Source: a virus (taxonomy: Duplodnaviria; Heunggongvirae; Uroviricota; Caudoviricetes). From it: a stretch of 22,584 nt of DNA. The notes below the pieces were generated by a model. That model worked only from the letters and a program-made list of their open reading frames with translations. It was not told the DNA's origin and did not search any database. Shown piece after piece: positions 1 through 8,086 of the stretch; position 1 is the first letter of the stretch; each line of letters opens with the position of its first letter. Both the position numbers and the translations under genes were made by a program. The DNA lies in the IMG/VR virus record IMGVR_UViG_2740892449_000008, positions 1 to 22,584 of that record. One strand, 5' to 3'.

Positions 1-825
1 GTATGCGAGAAGACCGGCAACATCCTTTCCACTCAAATTAGTCAGCGTCTCATCCAGTGGCTGCTTACCTGACAGCGCATTGTTAATGGTGGTACTGAAT
101 TTCGGGTCATTGTTAATGGCTGCGGCAATTTCTTTCAGTGTGTCCAGCGTGGCTGGCGCGCCGTTAATCAGAGCGGTAATAGCGGCCTGTACAAACGCAG
201 TGGTCGCAATCCGCGTGGTGTTATTTCCTGCGGCAGGCGTCGGCGCTTTTGGTTCTCCGGTAAATGTCGGATTATGTTTCTGCGCATACTGGGTATGAGG
301 ATCCTGTGCGACAATGTGGTTTCTCATCTGGTCATCCACATACAGCCTTAATTCCAGGACTTCATCATCCACGTATTTACGGGTCGCCAGTACCACCGAC
401 GGGTCGATTTTCAGCGTGATGGCTTCGGTATTCGTGACAACCAGAATCATGCGGATAGTCTGGGTACGACCACTGCCTTCCTGCAACTGCGGTTTGTACG
501 TTTCCGGGCAGTTCGCCACCGCAATGAGTACGCCTTCATCATCATAAAGCCCAATCTCACGGATCCAGAATCCGCCCTCGTTCTCAGGGATGATTTGCTC
601 CGCAATAATCTGGCTCTGGTTGTTCGGGTCAACACTCAGAAGATTCAGCGGCGCGATGCGTTTCTGGTTAATCAGTTTTGTCTGTGCCGGGTCTGGTGTC
701 GGCAAGACACCATTCGCATCACCAACGGCCATTTGCGTCAGATTCAGCTTACTGCCGAGCATCGTCGCGTTAGCCAGCCGTGCTGCGCCCTGATTAGTCA
801 GAATGGCGTAGTATTTCACTGTCAT
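1..825 (-). CDS. H: Tail fibre protein H, N-terminal ~275 aa only (gene continues past window start)
   Basis: ATG at 825..823; minus-strand frame stays open to position 1 (checked at 360 and 60). Translation MTVKYYAILTNQGAARLANAT...GGFWIREIGLYDDEGVLIAVAN resembles the conserved N-terminus of P2-type tail fibres. Not in the ORF track because no stop lies within the window. Confidence 0.8.
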   Translation of the reverse strand, partial: MTVKYYAILTNQGAARLANATMLGSKLNLTQMAVGDANGVLPTPDPAQTKLINQKRIAPLNLLSVDPNNQSQIIAEQIIPENEGGFWIREIGLYDDEGVLIAVANCPETYKPQLQEGSGRTQTIRMILVVTNTEAITLKIDPSVVLATRKYVDDEVLELRLYVDDQMRNHIVAQDPHTQYAQKHNPTFTGEPKAPTPAAGNNTTRIATTAFVQAAITALINGAPATLDTLKEIAAAINNDPKFSTTINNALSGKQPLDETLTNLSGKDVAGLLAY

Positions 826-847
826 GCGTTTACTCTCAGGTTATCAA

Positions 848-1431
848 TTAAATGAATGGCCGAGGCCGGGAAATAATCCCTCCGACAATAATGGCCTCCG
901 GGGTGTAGGGATAAACCGTCAGGGCGTCACCGTGATAGCATCCCGCACCGGCAAAAATGTTGCCGGTTGTACTTAAACTGATAGCCAGTCCCGTCAGATG
1001 GCGGCTTGCCGGTTTTGCATCAGCAACGAGGCGCTCCAGCTCCTGATACATTTCCTCGGTAATACCCTGCTCAAGCACGCCAACAACGATGCGGAACGTC
1101 CCCGGCTCCTCGTTGAGTTGCCACCACTCCCTCACCTCAATCAGATAGCCGAGCGGCTCCACCACACGCCGGATTGCGCCTATAGTGCCCTTATGGCAGT
1201 GAATGAAATACGCATCGCGGATAACAGCGCGTTTTGTCGCTTCCGGCCACTTATCATCCAGCGGTCAACCGAAAATGACCACGCCAGCCACGGCAGCAGA
1301 TTTGCCGGACAGGTATCCGGGTTCCACAGCTCACGAATACTGACCGGCGTTTTTTCAATTTCCGCACAGGCTTTTGCGGCGGCGACTTCAAGCGGTGATG
1401 AGCCAGTCGGCAGCAGTCGCGAATCACTCAT
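848..1431 (-). pseudogene. I: Baseplate protein I, interrupted by a -1 frameshift near 1257
   Basis: ORFs 1180..1431 (MSDSRLLPTGSSPLEVAAAK...SFSVDRW) and 848..1165 (VEPLGYLIEV...) are the two halves of a P2 gpI-like protein in different frames. Inserting one C into plus-strand 'atccag' (to 'atcccag') restores the recalled DRWDDKWPEATKRAVIRDAYFIHCHKGTIGAIRRVVEPLGY. Confidence 0.8.
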
Positions 1432-2332
1432 CCGAGCCTCCGGTCACGACGCTGTATTCGGTACAGAAAGACGCCTGCGTATTGTTGAGCACGATGTCGG
1501 CCAGCGGTGCAGCCAGTTCGACACGCTGCACGCCTTCCACATGCAAAGCGGCATAAATGGCAGACAGACGGATGTCGCGCCCAAGCCGGTGCTGTGCCGT
1601 GATGTACGCTTCCAGTTTTTTCACGGCAGCAGCGCGGATGGGTTCGCTTTCGGGACCTGGGTAAAGGTAAAGCGTGGCGTTTATCTGATATTCAACAATG
1701 GCGGCAGACTGCACGGTCACGCGGTCGGCCACCGGCCTGACGTCCTCGCCATTAAGGGCGTTACGCACCACGGCCAGCAGGTCTTCGGATGCGACGCCGT
1801 TATTTTCACGTGACAGCACGGAGATAGTGACGCAGGCCGGAGACGGACTGGTGACAGAGATATCCGCGACACGCCCGTCGGCACTGCGGCCATGATACTG
1901 ATAGGCACCCACCGACCCGGCGACGCTTAAACCTTCAAACGCCTGCTGAATACGCAGACGATAATCGGTGTCAGATTCCATCACTGCCGGTGTCGGCGGA
2001 ATGGTCGAATCATCTTCCGGGGTGATAATCAGGCGCGTGGTGTTGTAATTGGCACCAATCACATCAAGGTCATTACCGGCTGCACAGGCCAGCATCACCG
2101 CCCGTGCAGCCTCATTCACACGCTGACGCCAGATAAGCTCACGATAAGCATTTTCCTCCAGCAGTTTGACGAGAGGCTCAGATTCCAGCGTCAGGGTACG
2201 GGCGACCGCCTCCTGCTGGTCTTCCGGGTAAAGGGAAATCAGTGTCGCCTTGCGTTCGGCGAGAATGGTTTCAAAGTCCAGCTCCTCAACCACATCCGGT
2301 GCGGGTAGCTGGTTCAGGTCGATAATCGGCAT
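1424..2332 (-). CDS. J: Baseplate assembly protein J
   Basis: 302-aa intact ORF (MPIIDLNQLPAPDVVEELDFETILAERKA...) matching recalled P2 gpJ in length and sequence; 8-nt overlap with I. Confidence 0.9.
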   Translation of the reverse strand: MPIIDLNQLPAPDVVEELDFETILAERKATLISLYPEDQQEAVARTLTLESEPLVKLLEENAYRELIWRQRVNEAARAVMLACAAGNDLDVIGANYNTTRLIITPEDDSTIPPTPAVMESDTDYRLRIQQAFEGLSVAGSVGAYQYHGRSADGRVADISVTSPSPACVTISVLSRENNGVASEDLLAVVRNALNGEDVRPVADRVTVQSAAIVEYQINATLYLYPGPESEPIRAAAVKKLEAYITAQHRLGRDIRLSAIYAALHVEGVQRVELAAPLADIVLNNTQASFCTEYSVVTGGSDE

Positions 2333-2336
2333 GGTT

Positions 2337-2684
2337 TCAACTCACAGGGATGGTTAACGAAAGTGGCTGGCCGGTGTCGTTGTGCTGACCGGTTAATGTG
2401 ACCGTCATTCGCCCGTCAAAACTGCGCTCAGTGGTGACGGATGACAGGGTGACGCGGGGTTCCCATTTCAGCACCGCCATGTAACAGGCAACCTTAATCT
2501 GCAACTCAAGCGCCGGGGTCTGCGGCTGGTCAATCATTGACGCCAGCAACGAGCCGTAATCACGACGCATCACCCGTGAGCCGACCGGTGTGCGCAGGAT
2601 ATCGCCGATACTCTGGCTGATATGCTCAAGGTCAGTGACAGTCAGGCCATCACTGCGATTCATTCCAAGATAACGCGCTGTCAT
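2337..2684 (-). CDS. W: Baseplate wedge protein W (gp25/GPW family)
   Basis: 115-aa ORF (MTARYLGMNRSDGLTVTDLEHISQSIGDILRTPVGSRVMRRDYGS...) in the P2 gpW position between J and V. Confidence 0.9.
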   Translation of the reverse strand: MTARYLGMNRSDGLTVTDLEHISQSIGDILRTPVGSRVMRRDYGSLLASMIDQPQTPALELQIKVACYMAVLKWEPRVTLSSVTTERSFDGRMTVTLTGQHNDTGQPLSLTIPVS

Positions 2685-3316
2685 AGAGGACTCCCGGTTG
2701 TGCCGCCGCTGTCGCCGGGGTGTTTATGGGTATGCAGTACTTTACCGTTTGATGAGAGTTCACCGCCGGTGTGTTCAATGTTGCCGCGCATCGTCCCGCC
2801 CTTCTGCACTTCCAGCGTGCCGGTAATCAGCCTGTTGGTGCAGACCACCTCTGGTGTGTCCAGGGTGACGCGGGTTGATGCTTTCACCGTGACCACCGGC
2901 ACCGTGGCAGTAACAGAATCAGAAGCCGTCACGCTGGCCGTTTTAATTCCGCTTACCGTGAGTGCACTGGTTTCGGGTTCATACTCAATCACCGCCCCGT
3001 CAGGGAAACGGATATGCAGGGCATCCGCCGACGCAGACGGCGCGGGGTTATCACCGGAATAAATCCCCGGCAGAACGAACGCCGTGTCGAGTTCACCGCC
3101 CACGGCCAGAATCAGCACCTGTTCCCCCACGGAAGGTGCCCACCATGTGCGCGAACGTCCGGCACGATGGGTCAGCCACTGAAGCCAGTCGGTGCACATG
3201 CCGCCGGTCTGCACACGGCAGCGACTGGCGTTAAGGTCGGTTTCGACGATAATGCCGGGGCGTATCATGTTGCGCAGCGTGCGCGCGAGTTCCTGGATAT
3301 TTGCGAGTGTTTTCAT
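2681..3316 (-). CDS. V: Baseplate spike / tail assembly protein V
   Basis: Track ORF 2681..3352 begins at a TTG; the ATG at 3316 gives MKTLANIQELARTLRNMIRPGIIVETDLNASRCRVQTGG... which matches recalled P2 gpV. Overlaps W by 4 nt. Confidence 0.9.
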   Translation of the reverse strand: MKTLANIQELARTLRNMIRPGIIVETDLNASRCRVQTGGMCTDWLQWLTHRAGRSRTWWAPSVGEQVLILAVGGELDTAFVLPGIYSGDNPAPSASADALHIRFPDGAVIEYEPETSALTVSGIKTASVTASDSVTATVPVVTVKASTRVTLDTPEVVCTNRLITGTLEVQKGGTMRGNIEHTGGELSSNGKVLHTHKHPGDSGGTTGSPL

Positions 3317-3373
3317 AAGATCTAGCATGCTGCTGAGAACTGATGAGAACAATAAAAGAGTGTTTTTCTAAGG

Positions 3374-3406
3374 TTGACACAACACTCCATTTGAAGTGAA
3401 TATAAT
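3374..3406 (+). promoter_or_regulatory. Possible promoter hexamers upstream of the RelA/SpoT-like ORF (TTGACA 3374-3379, TATAAT 3401-3406)
   Basis: Both consensus hexamers are present in the AT-rich V/ORF intergenic region, but the spacer is 21 bp, which is non-canonical for sigma70. Confidence 0.25.
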
Positions 3407-3449
3407 GATTACTTAACTGGCAAAAAAACATCCTCACTAATTGGAGCCA

Positions 3450-4541
3450 ATGGATACACGCATGTCAGACATTCTAATTACTTATGATGAACGGAAAGAT
3501 AAATTTGAATCCTATGCCCTTACTCTTAAATCGTTATTAACCACGTTAATTCGCAATGAAAAAATTTCAATTCACTCACTAGAATCAAGAGTTAAAACAA
3601 AAAAAAGCCTTGAAGGCAAGATTAATAAAAAGGGAAAATACAAGTCTATAGATGATATTACTGATATCGTTGGTATCAGGATCATCACACATTATGCTGA
3701 TGATGTTGATAAGATAGCTGCTATAGTTGAAAAGGAGTTCACCATTGACCAAGAGAACTCTATTGATAAAAGAACCTCAATTGCGCCTGATAAATTTGGT
3801 TACTTATCACTTCATTATATAGTAACTTTAAGCTCAACCAGAACAAACTTAAAAGAATATGAAGTATATAAAAACATCAAAGCCGAATTACAAATACGAT
3901 CAATCCTTCAGCATGCCTGGGCGGAAATTGAACACGACATTGGTTATAAGTCGGCCACAGGACTGCCTAATGAAATAAGAAGATACTTTTCACGCTTAGC
4001 TGGTCTTTTAGAAATGGCCGATGATGAATTTATTAAAATCAGAAAAAAGATTTCTGAACGGCAGAAAGAGGTTGCAAAAGAACTAGAGCAAGGAACTAGT
4101 GATTCAGCTTTAGATATTTTCACTTTGGATGAATTCTTAAACACAAGTCGAATTATGAGTGAACTTTCAGAAGAGATAAAAGAAAAAACAGGAATCACAG
4201 TACATGGCCGATACAAGGATAAAGATTTGGGATACCTACTAAATAGTTTAAAGCTAGCCAACATAACTACAATAGAACAGCTCAATCAAAAACTCTCACA
4301 AATGAAAAAGCAGATCGTAGAGAGAATATTCTGCTTCGGAGAACTATTTATTGATTATTGCAGAGAAACCCCCATGCCAAAAGAAGTTCTTTTGAGTTAT
4401 TTATGTCAAATTATCGTTGCGTTTCAAAACTCACCTTCGTTAGAATCTGAATTTAATAACAAAGCAGGTTTAAATCTGAAAAACAGCGATATCTCCGATT
4501 TTTTCTCGAATATAAGAGAAAACATAAGCACACAACCTTAG
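3450..4541 (+). CDS. RelA/SpoT-homologue synthetase-fold nucleotidyltransferase with uncharacterised C-terminal domain; candidate fused toxSAS (CapRel-like) defence protein
   Basis: Intact ORF (track 3441..4541 from TTG; ATG at 3450 or 3462). Motifs seen: RVKTKKSLEGK, DDITDIVGIRII (D-x-x-G-x-R), AELQIRSILQHAWAEIEHD (E-x-Q-I-R...H-x-W-A-E-x-E-H), which together are the RelA_SpoT synthetase signature. No hydrolase domain and no adjacent small ORF. Strongly AT-rich, and opposite in orientation to the flanking tail genes. Confidence 0.75.
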   Translation: MDTRMSDILITYDERKDKFESYALTLKSLLTTLIRNEKISIHSLESRVKTKKSLEGKINKKGKYKSIDDITDIVGIRIITHYADDVDKIAAIVEKEFTIDQENSIDKRTSIAPDKFGYLSLHYIVTLSSTRTNLKEYEVYKNIKAELQIRSILQHAWAEIEHDIGYKSATGLPNEIRRYFSRLAGLLEMADDEFIKIRKKISERQKEVAKELEQGTSDSALDIFTLDEFLNTSRIMSELSEEIKEKTGITVHGRYKDKDLGYLLNSLKLANITTIEQLNQKLSQMKKQIVERIFCFGELFIDYCRETPMPKEVLLSYLCQIIVAFQNSPSLESEFNNKAGLNLKNSDISDFFSNIRENISTQP

Positions 4542-4570
4542 CTTTAGTTTTAAAGTATTCTAACAGAAGA

Positions 4571-4596
4571 CTGCTGCCGATAAGCACCGGCAGCAG
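4571..4596. terminator. Hairpin between the convergent RelA/SpoT-like ORF and gene S (possible bidirectional terminator)
   Basis: Perfect 9-bp inverted repeat ctgctgccg / cggcagcag with an 8-nt loop. The minus-strand side is followed by a moderately T-rich tract; the plus-strand side has no U-run. Confidence 0.35.
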
Positions 4597-4621
4597 CGAT
4601 GAGGTGTCGGGAATGGCACAA

Positions 4622-5074
4622 CTAACGATCGAGGTGAGTCAGGATAATCTCTTCAATCATCTGCACATCCTCACCGGTAAAGCCGAGCAGAGGACGCGCC
4701 GGATAATCAATTTTCTTACCGTCTTTCCGGTTTTCTTCCGACAGACCAAACTGATGCACACTGGCGATTTTCGGCGACTTCCCGCCGTAAAATTCCATTG
4801 ATGCCTGCTCCGGGCTGGCACGGATATGCAAAAAACGACTGGTGATAAGTTTCGCAAACATTTTTCGCTTAACGCGACCGGTCTTTTTTCTGGCGCTCTG
4901 CTGCTGGCGTGGTGCGTAGGGTGTGCCGTCCGGGGCTTTCTGTACCATCACCCGGCGCTGCTGACTCTGCCGCAGACGTTTCGCCAGTTCGGCACTCAGT
5001 CGCCGACGCCCTGACGGTGACAGCGATTCAATAAGTCCGGTCAGCCGGTCTTCAAAACGCTTAAACTCATTCAT
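4622..5074 (-). CDS. S: Tail completion protein S
   Basis: 150-aa ORF (MNEFKRFEDRLTGLIESLSPSGRRRLSAELAKRLRQSQQRR...) matching P2 gpS length and recalled sequence. Confidence 0.9.
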   Translation of the reverse strand: MNEFKRFEDRLTGLIESLSPSGRRRLSAELAKRLRQSQQRRVMVQKAPDGTPYAPRQQQSARKKTGRVKRKMFAKLITSRFLHIRASPEQASMEFYGGKSPKIASVHQFGLSEENRKDGKKIDYPARPLLGFTGEDVQMIEEIILTHLDR

Positions 5075-5534
5075 CCCACTTGCTCACCAGTTCGCCATTG
5101 ATATAAAGCTCCACCGGGCGGGTGACCGGCTCCGGCGGCGGAGGTTCCGGGATATTCTTCACATGCAGTGCGCCATCCACCTCACTGACCAGCGTGCGCT
5201 CGGTCAGCATCAGGCTGATGCTGATATCAAAGCTGCTGTCATTGTTGATGTCCGCATAAAACGTGAAGCCCTTTTTCTGGCCTTCGTCGGTGGTCATGAT
5301 GTCGGGCTGATTTTCCCGCAGCCACGCCAGCACCGGCACGATGAGCAGGTCAAAATCACCGGTAAAGTCGGTCACAATGACATTGAGCGTGTAACGCTTT
5401 TCAAATGACAGCGACGTCGCCAGTGTGGAGGCAATACTCCCGTTATCCACGAATATCCGCAGCATCTCGGGACTGGTTTTCAGCACCGTGACGGCATCAG
5501 TCAGCGCCCTGCGCAGGCTGTCGGGTTTGAGCAT
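5067..5534 (-). CDS. R: Tail completion protein R
   Basis: 155-aa ORF (MLKPDSLRRALTDAVTVLKTSPEMLRIFVDNGSIASTLATSL...) matching P2 gpR; 8-nt overlap with S. Confidence 0.9.
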   Translation of the reverse strand: MLKPDSLRRALTDAVTVLKTSPEMLRIFVDNGSIASTLATSLSFEKRYTLNVIVTDFTGDFDLLIVPVLAWLRENQPDIMTTDEGQKKGFTFYADINNDSSFDISISLMLTERTLVSEVDGALHVKNIPEPPPPEPVTRPVELYINGELVSKWDE

Positions 5535-5787
5535 CGTTTTCGTCCTGACAGTGTTTAATCATTTTTACCTGGCTGGCACAGCGTGCCAGCGCGTTCTCAA
5601 GCTGCCGGATATCGGCACTTAAATCGCCGTTCGTCTGCGGGTCACTGCCCGGCATCGGGCAAAGGCTCACTTTCGGGCAGGCGTTGGCGACAATCACTGG
5701 CGTCAGTGCAGGCCGGGCGCTGGTGCAACCGGCGCACAGCATCAGGCAGGTCAGCGCCGTACCAGCGGCGAAAATCTTCGTTTTCAT
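5497..5787 (-). CDS. lysC: LysC, Rz1-like outer-membrane lipoprotein spanin
   Basis: From the internal ATG: MKTKIFAAGTALTCLMLCAGC..., a signal peptide with a lipobox-like LCAGC and a proline-rich short protein (96 aa). It overlaps the lysB 3' end in another frame, as in P2. Confidence 0.65.
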   Translation of the reverse strand: MKTKIFAAGTALTCLMLCAGCTSARPALTPVIVANACPKVSLCPMPGSDPQTNGDLSADIRQLENALARCASQVKMIKHCQDENDAQTRQPAQGAD

Positions 5788-6067
5788 TAAGTAACCTCGT
5801 GATGGTTTTCTCGCGCTGTGCTTCACGCTTCGCGGCGTTCTCCAGTTCCTGACGCAGTGCTACCTGCGCCAGCTCGTTTTTGTCTGCCCTGGTGAGGGCA
5901 ACATGAAGCTGATTTTTCAGCATGGTGATGGTCGTCTGCTGCCCGCTGGCGACGTTGCTCGCCCTGTCCAGTGAGGTGCGCAGGCTGGCGTTTTCATGCT
6001 TCGTCAGAAACAGACCGGCCACCGCCAGTGATAACAACACAACCAGCACAATCATCAGCTTTGACAT
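5642..6067 (-). CDS. lysB: LysB, Rz-like inner-membrane spanin
   Basis: 141-aa ORF with an N-terminal transmembrane segment (MSKLMIVLVVLLSLAVAGLFL) followed by a charged, coiled-coil-like region; position after lysA. Confidence 0.8.
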   Translation of the reverse strand: MSKLMIVLVVLLSLAVAGLFLTKHENASLRTSLDRASNVASGQQTTITMLKNQLHVALTRADKNELAQVALRQELENAAKREAQREKTITRLLNENEDFRRWYGADLPDAVRRLHQRPACTDASDCRQRLPESEPLPDAGQ

Positions 6068-6480
6068 GGTTCCCGCCCCTCAAAACGCTGACGACAGGCC
6101 GTACGTATCAGCCGGAAGAACACCGACGCCACGAGGTAAATCAGCGCGGTAAAAATCCACCCGGCAGCGACCAGCGAGATAAACGTCGCCACCATCACCA
6201 CCAGAGCCGCCGCCCGTCTACGCCACGGCACCGGCTGCAAAAACAGCGCCGTGACAATCTTCACGGCCAGCGATTCCGGCGGCAGCTCCCGCCCGTAGCG
6301 TTCCAGCACATACTCCGTGGCATACACGCCGACACCACCGGCAACCACACAGATAACCGTCGCCAGAATCGCCCAGGTGGCGACAAAACTGACGGCCACG
6401 CTCTGCGGGTAAATCAGGGACAGTGCCAGCATCAGCGCCAGCGACACGTTCAGCATCAGTGAAAGGGATAATTTCTTCAT
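6055..6480 (-). CDS. lysA: LysA, membrane protein of the lysis cassette (lysis timing)
   Basis: 141-aa hydrophobic ORF with multiple predicted TM segments (MKKLSLSLMLNVSLALMLALSLIYPQ...), located between K and lysB. Confidence 0.8.
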   Translation of the reverse strand: MKKLSLSLMLNVSLALMLALSLIYPQSVAVSFVATWAILATVICVVAGGVGVYATEYVLERYGRELPPESLAVKIVTALFLQPVPWRRRAAALVVMVATFISLVAAGWIFTALIYLVASVFFRLIRTACRQRFEGREPCQS

Positions 6481-6494
6481 GGTGTTTACTCCGT

Positions 6495-6990
6495 TTAAGC
6501 CGGTACGCCGCCGGCGGTACGCCAGACGGTGACCAGTTTTTCCAGTGAATGCTCACGCTGACCGTAACCGGCACCCGGCAGGGACGCCAGATATTGCGAC
6601 AGCGTGAAATGGCGCGCTCAATGCGTCCCGCCGGATGTCATCCAGCGCACCGCGTTCGCGGATCAACTGAATGGCGAGTCTGTCCTGTGACAACGGACTG
6701 AAATCCGGCAGGGCAAGCTGTTTGCGGTAATGCGGCCAGAAAAGGTAAAGCTGCTGATAGCGACCGGAGGCCGTGGATTTTTCACCGCGACGGTTAAACA
6801 CCTTCGCCGGTCGGCCATGCGCGAACGGGTGGTCACTGTAGTCGGTGAAGATTTCCGGCTTCCCGTCCAGTCCGGTGACTATCACGTCATAGCCCCGGTT
6901 TTTCGTCAGCGGGTGATTCGCCGTCCCTTCGGACACGGCCAGCATGTCGAGAAAGGCAGCGATATTCTGATGCGTGTTAATTTCCGGCAT
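6495..6990 (-). pseudogene. K: Endolysin K (lysozyme), C-terminus disrupted by two -1 frameshifts (near 6633 and 6588)
   Basis: ORF 6553..6990 matches recalled P2 gpK through ...LIRERGALDDIR and then diverges. Inserting one G at each of two GG(G)CG sites (minus-strand sense) restores ...AGRIERAISRCRNIWASLPGAGYGQREHSLEKLVTVWRTAGGVPA and a stop at about 6495. Confidence 0.8.
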
Positions 6991-7271
6991 TACTGTTTCC
7001 CCCTGCCCTTAAAGCGGCGCTGAATGGCAATCTCAATCACCTGATAACCGGCGATACCCAGCATGGAGCCGATGCCGCACACCGCAGGCAGTGACAGGTC
7101 AGGAAACTGCACCAGAACAACACCGGCAACCATCGAGACAAAACCACCGAGCAACATGCGCCCGATAAACAGACGCGGGGTGATGGGTTCACCACCGGCA
7201 AGCACCTTGCCGACAACAATCAGCACCCCAATCATGAAAAGCGACAGGACGCTTTTTTCTTCTGCTGTCAT
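6990..7271 (-). CDS. Y: Holin Y
   Basis: 93-aa ORF with hydrophobic TM segments (MTAEEKSVLSLFMIGVLIVVGKVLAGG...) immediately upstream of K. Confidence 0.85.
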   Translation of the reverse strand: MTAEEKSVLSLFMIGVLIVVGKVLAGGEPITPRLFIGRMLLGGFVSMVAGVVLVQFPDLSLPAVCGIGSMLGIAGYQVIEIAIQRRFKGRGKQ

Positions 7272-7274
7272 GCG

Positions 7275-7478
7275 TTACTCCCACAGATTGACAGTTTCAG
7301 CCACGGGCGCGGTCTGAACGTCGGGCAGTTCGACGGCGGTGCCGTGCGGCAGCACCGCACCCAGTTCAGCCAGTCCCGGATTTGCGGCAAGCACGGCTTC
7401 AACCACGCCCTCAGTGCGCCCGTAATACCGGACACAAATGGCGTCGAGCGTGTCGCCCTGTAGCGCAAAGGTCTTCAT
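7275..7478 (-). CDS. X: Tail protein X
   Basis: Internal ATG gives the 67-aa MKTFALQGDTLDAICVRYYGRTEGVVEAVLAANPGLAELGAVLPHGTAVELPDVQTAPVAETVNLWE, matching recalled P2 gpX. Confidence 0.8.
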   Translation of the reverse strand: MKTFALQGDTLDAICVRYYGRTEGVVEAVLAANPGLAELGAVLPHGTAVELPDVQTAPVAETVNLWE

Positions 7479-7987
7479 CAGATTTGACTCACGATGCAGC
7501 GCGGCTTGTCCTGGATGCGCGCCACTGCCCAGCGCATATCCCGCCACAGTTCATCAATGGTGCTGTCAATGCTGTCAGCCTTCTTGTCGCCTTTCGCACT
7601 GGCATCCACGCCGCGATAACGCTCATAAAGCGACGCGGTCGCCATCGCACACACGGCGCGCTCGTAGTAGAAAACTTTGATGCTTTCACCGTCGATGTCG
7701 TCCGCCGGGACGTCCGCCAGACGCGTAAAACCGGCAGCAATTTTCTGTTCGCGGTACTCGTACAGCTCCGCATTCGTTTCAGCCATGCCTGACTTGATGG
7801 CCTCACGCAGACGGGCGGGGGCGACGGTCTGCTCAAGGCGCATACGTTCCCGGACGCGCTTCGGGTCGATATCGGGAAAAAAGAACGTGTTTTTAATCAC
7901 CGGCTCGTCGCCTGCCGGTTGCGGGATGACCACCGTACCCTCACCGGACACGGGAGCCTCCTTTCGCGGAATAATCAGCGTCATCAT
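7478..7987 (-). CDS. L: Head completion / capsid stabilising protein L
   Basis: From MMTLIIPRKEAPVSGEGTVVIPQPAGDEPVIKNTFFFPDIDPKRVRERMRLEQT...; 169 aa, matching recalled P2 gpL. Track ORF extends upstream from a non-ATG start. Confidence 0.85.
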   Translation of the reverse strand: MMTLIIPRKEAPVSGEGTVVIPQPAGDEPVIKNTFFFPDIDPKRVRERMRLEQTVAPARLREAIKSGMAETNAELYEYREQKIAAGFTRLADVPADDIDGESIKVFYYERAVCAMATASLYERYRGVDASAKGDKKADSIDSTIDELWRDMRWAVARIQDKPRCIVSQI

Positions 7988-8086
7988 GACTACCTCTGAA
8001 AAGTCGGGCGGTGGACGCCGGTGTAGTGTCAGGTGATTCACCCTCACTGACCGGCGTGCCGCCCTGGCGCGGGGCGCATTCGGTTG

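Noticed and set aside
998-1813. 271-aa plus-strand ORF overlapping genes I and J
   Set aside because: It is antisense to well-supported P2 baseplate genes in GC-rich DNA, where long spurious ORFs are common; no motif recognised.
3317-3352. N-terminal extension of V from the TTG start used by the ORF track
   Set aside because: The ATG at 3316 gives an N-terminus matching recalled P2 gpV; the extension runs into the AT-rich intergenic region.
3944-4285. 113-aa minus-strand ORF inside the RelA/SpoT-like gene, considered as a possible antitoxin
   Set aside because: It lies wholly antisense within the coding region, is low-complexity (Ser/Phe/Ile-rich from AT-rich DNA), and has no independent signal.
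5971-6462. 163-aa plus-strand ORF rich in Arg/His/Gln
   Set aside because: It is antisense to lysA/lysB and has a low-complexity composition typical of GC-rich antisense reading frames.
7988-8086. Possible terminator hairpin in the L-M intergenic region
   Set aside because: Only a 5-bp GC stem (cgccc/gggcg) with a 7-nt loop and no U-tract; too weak to call.
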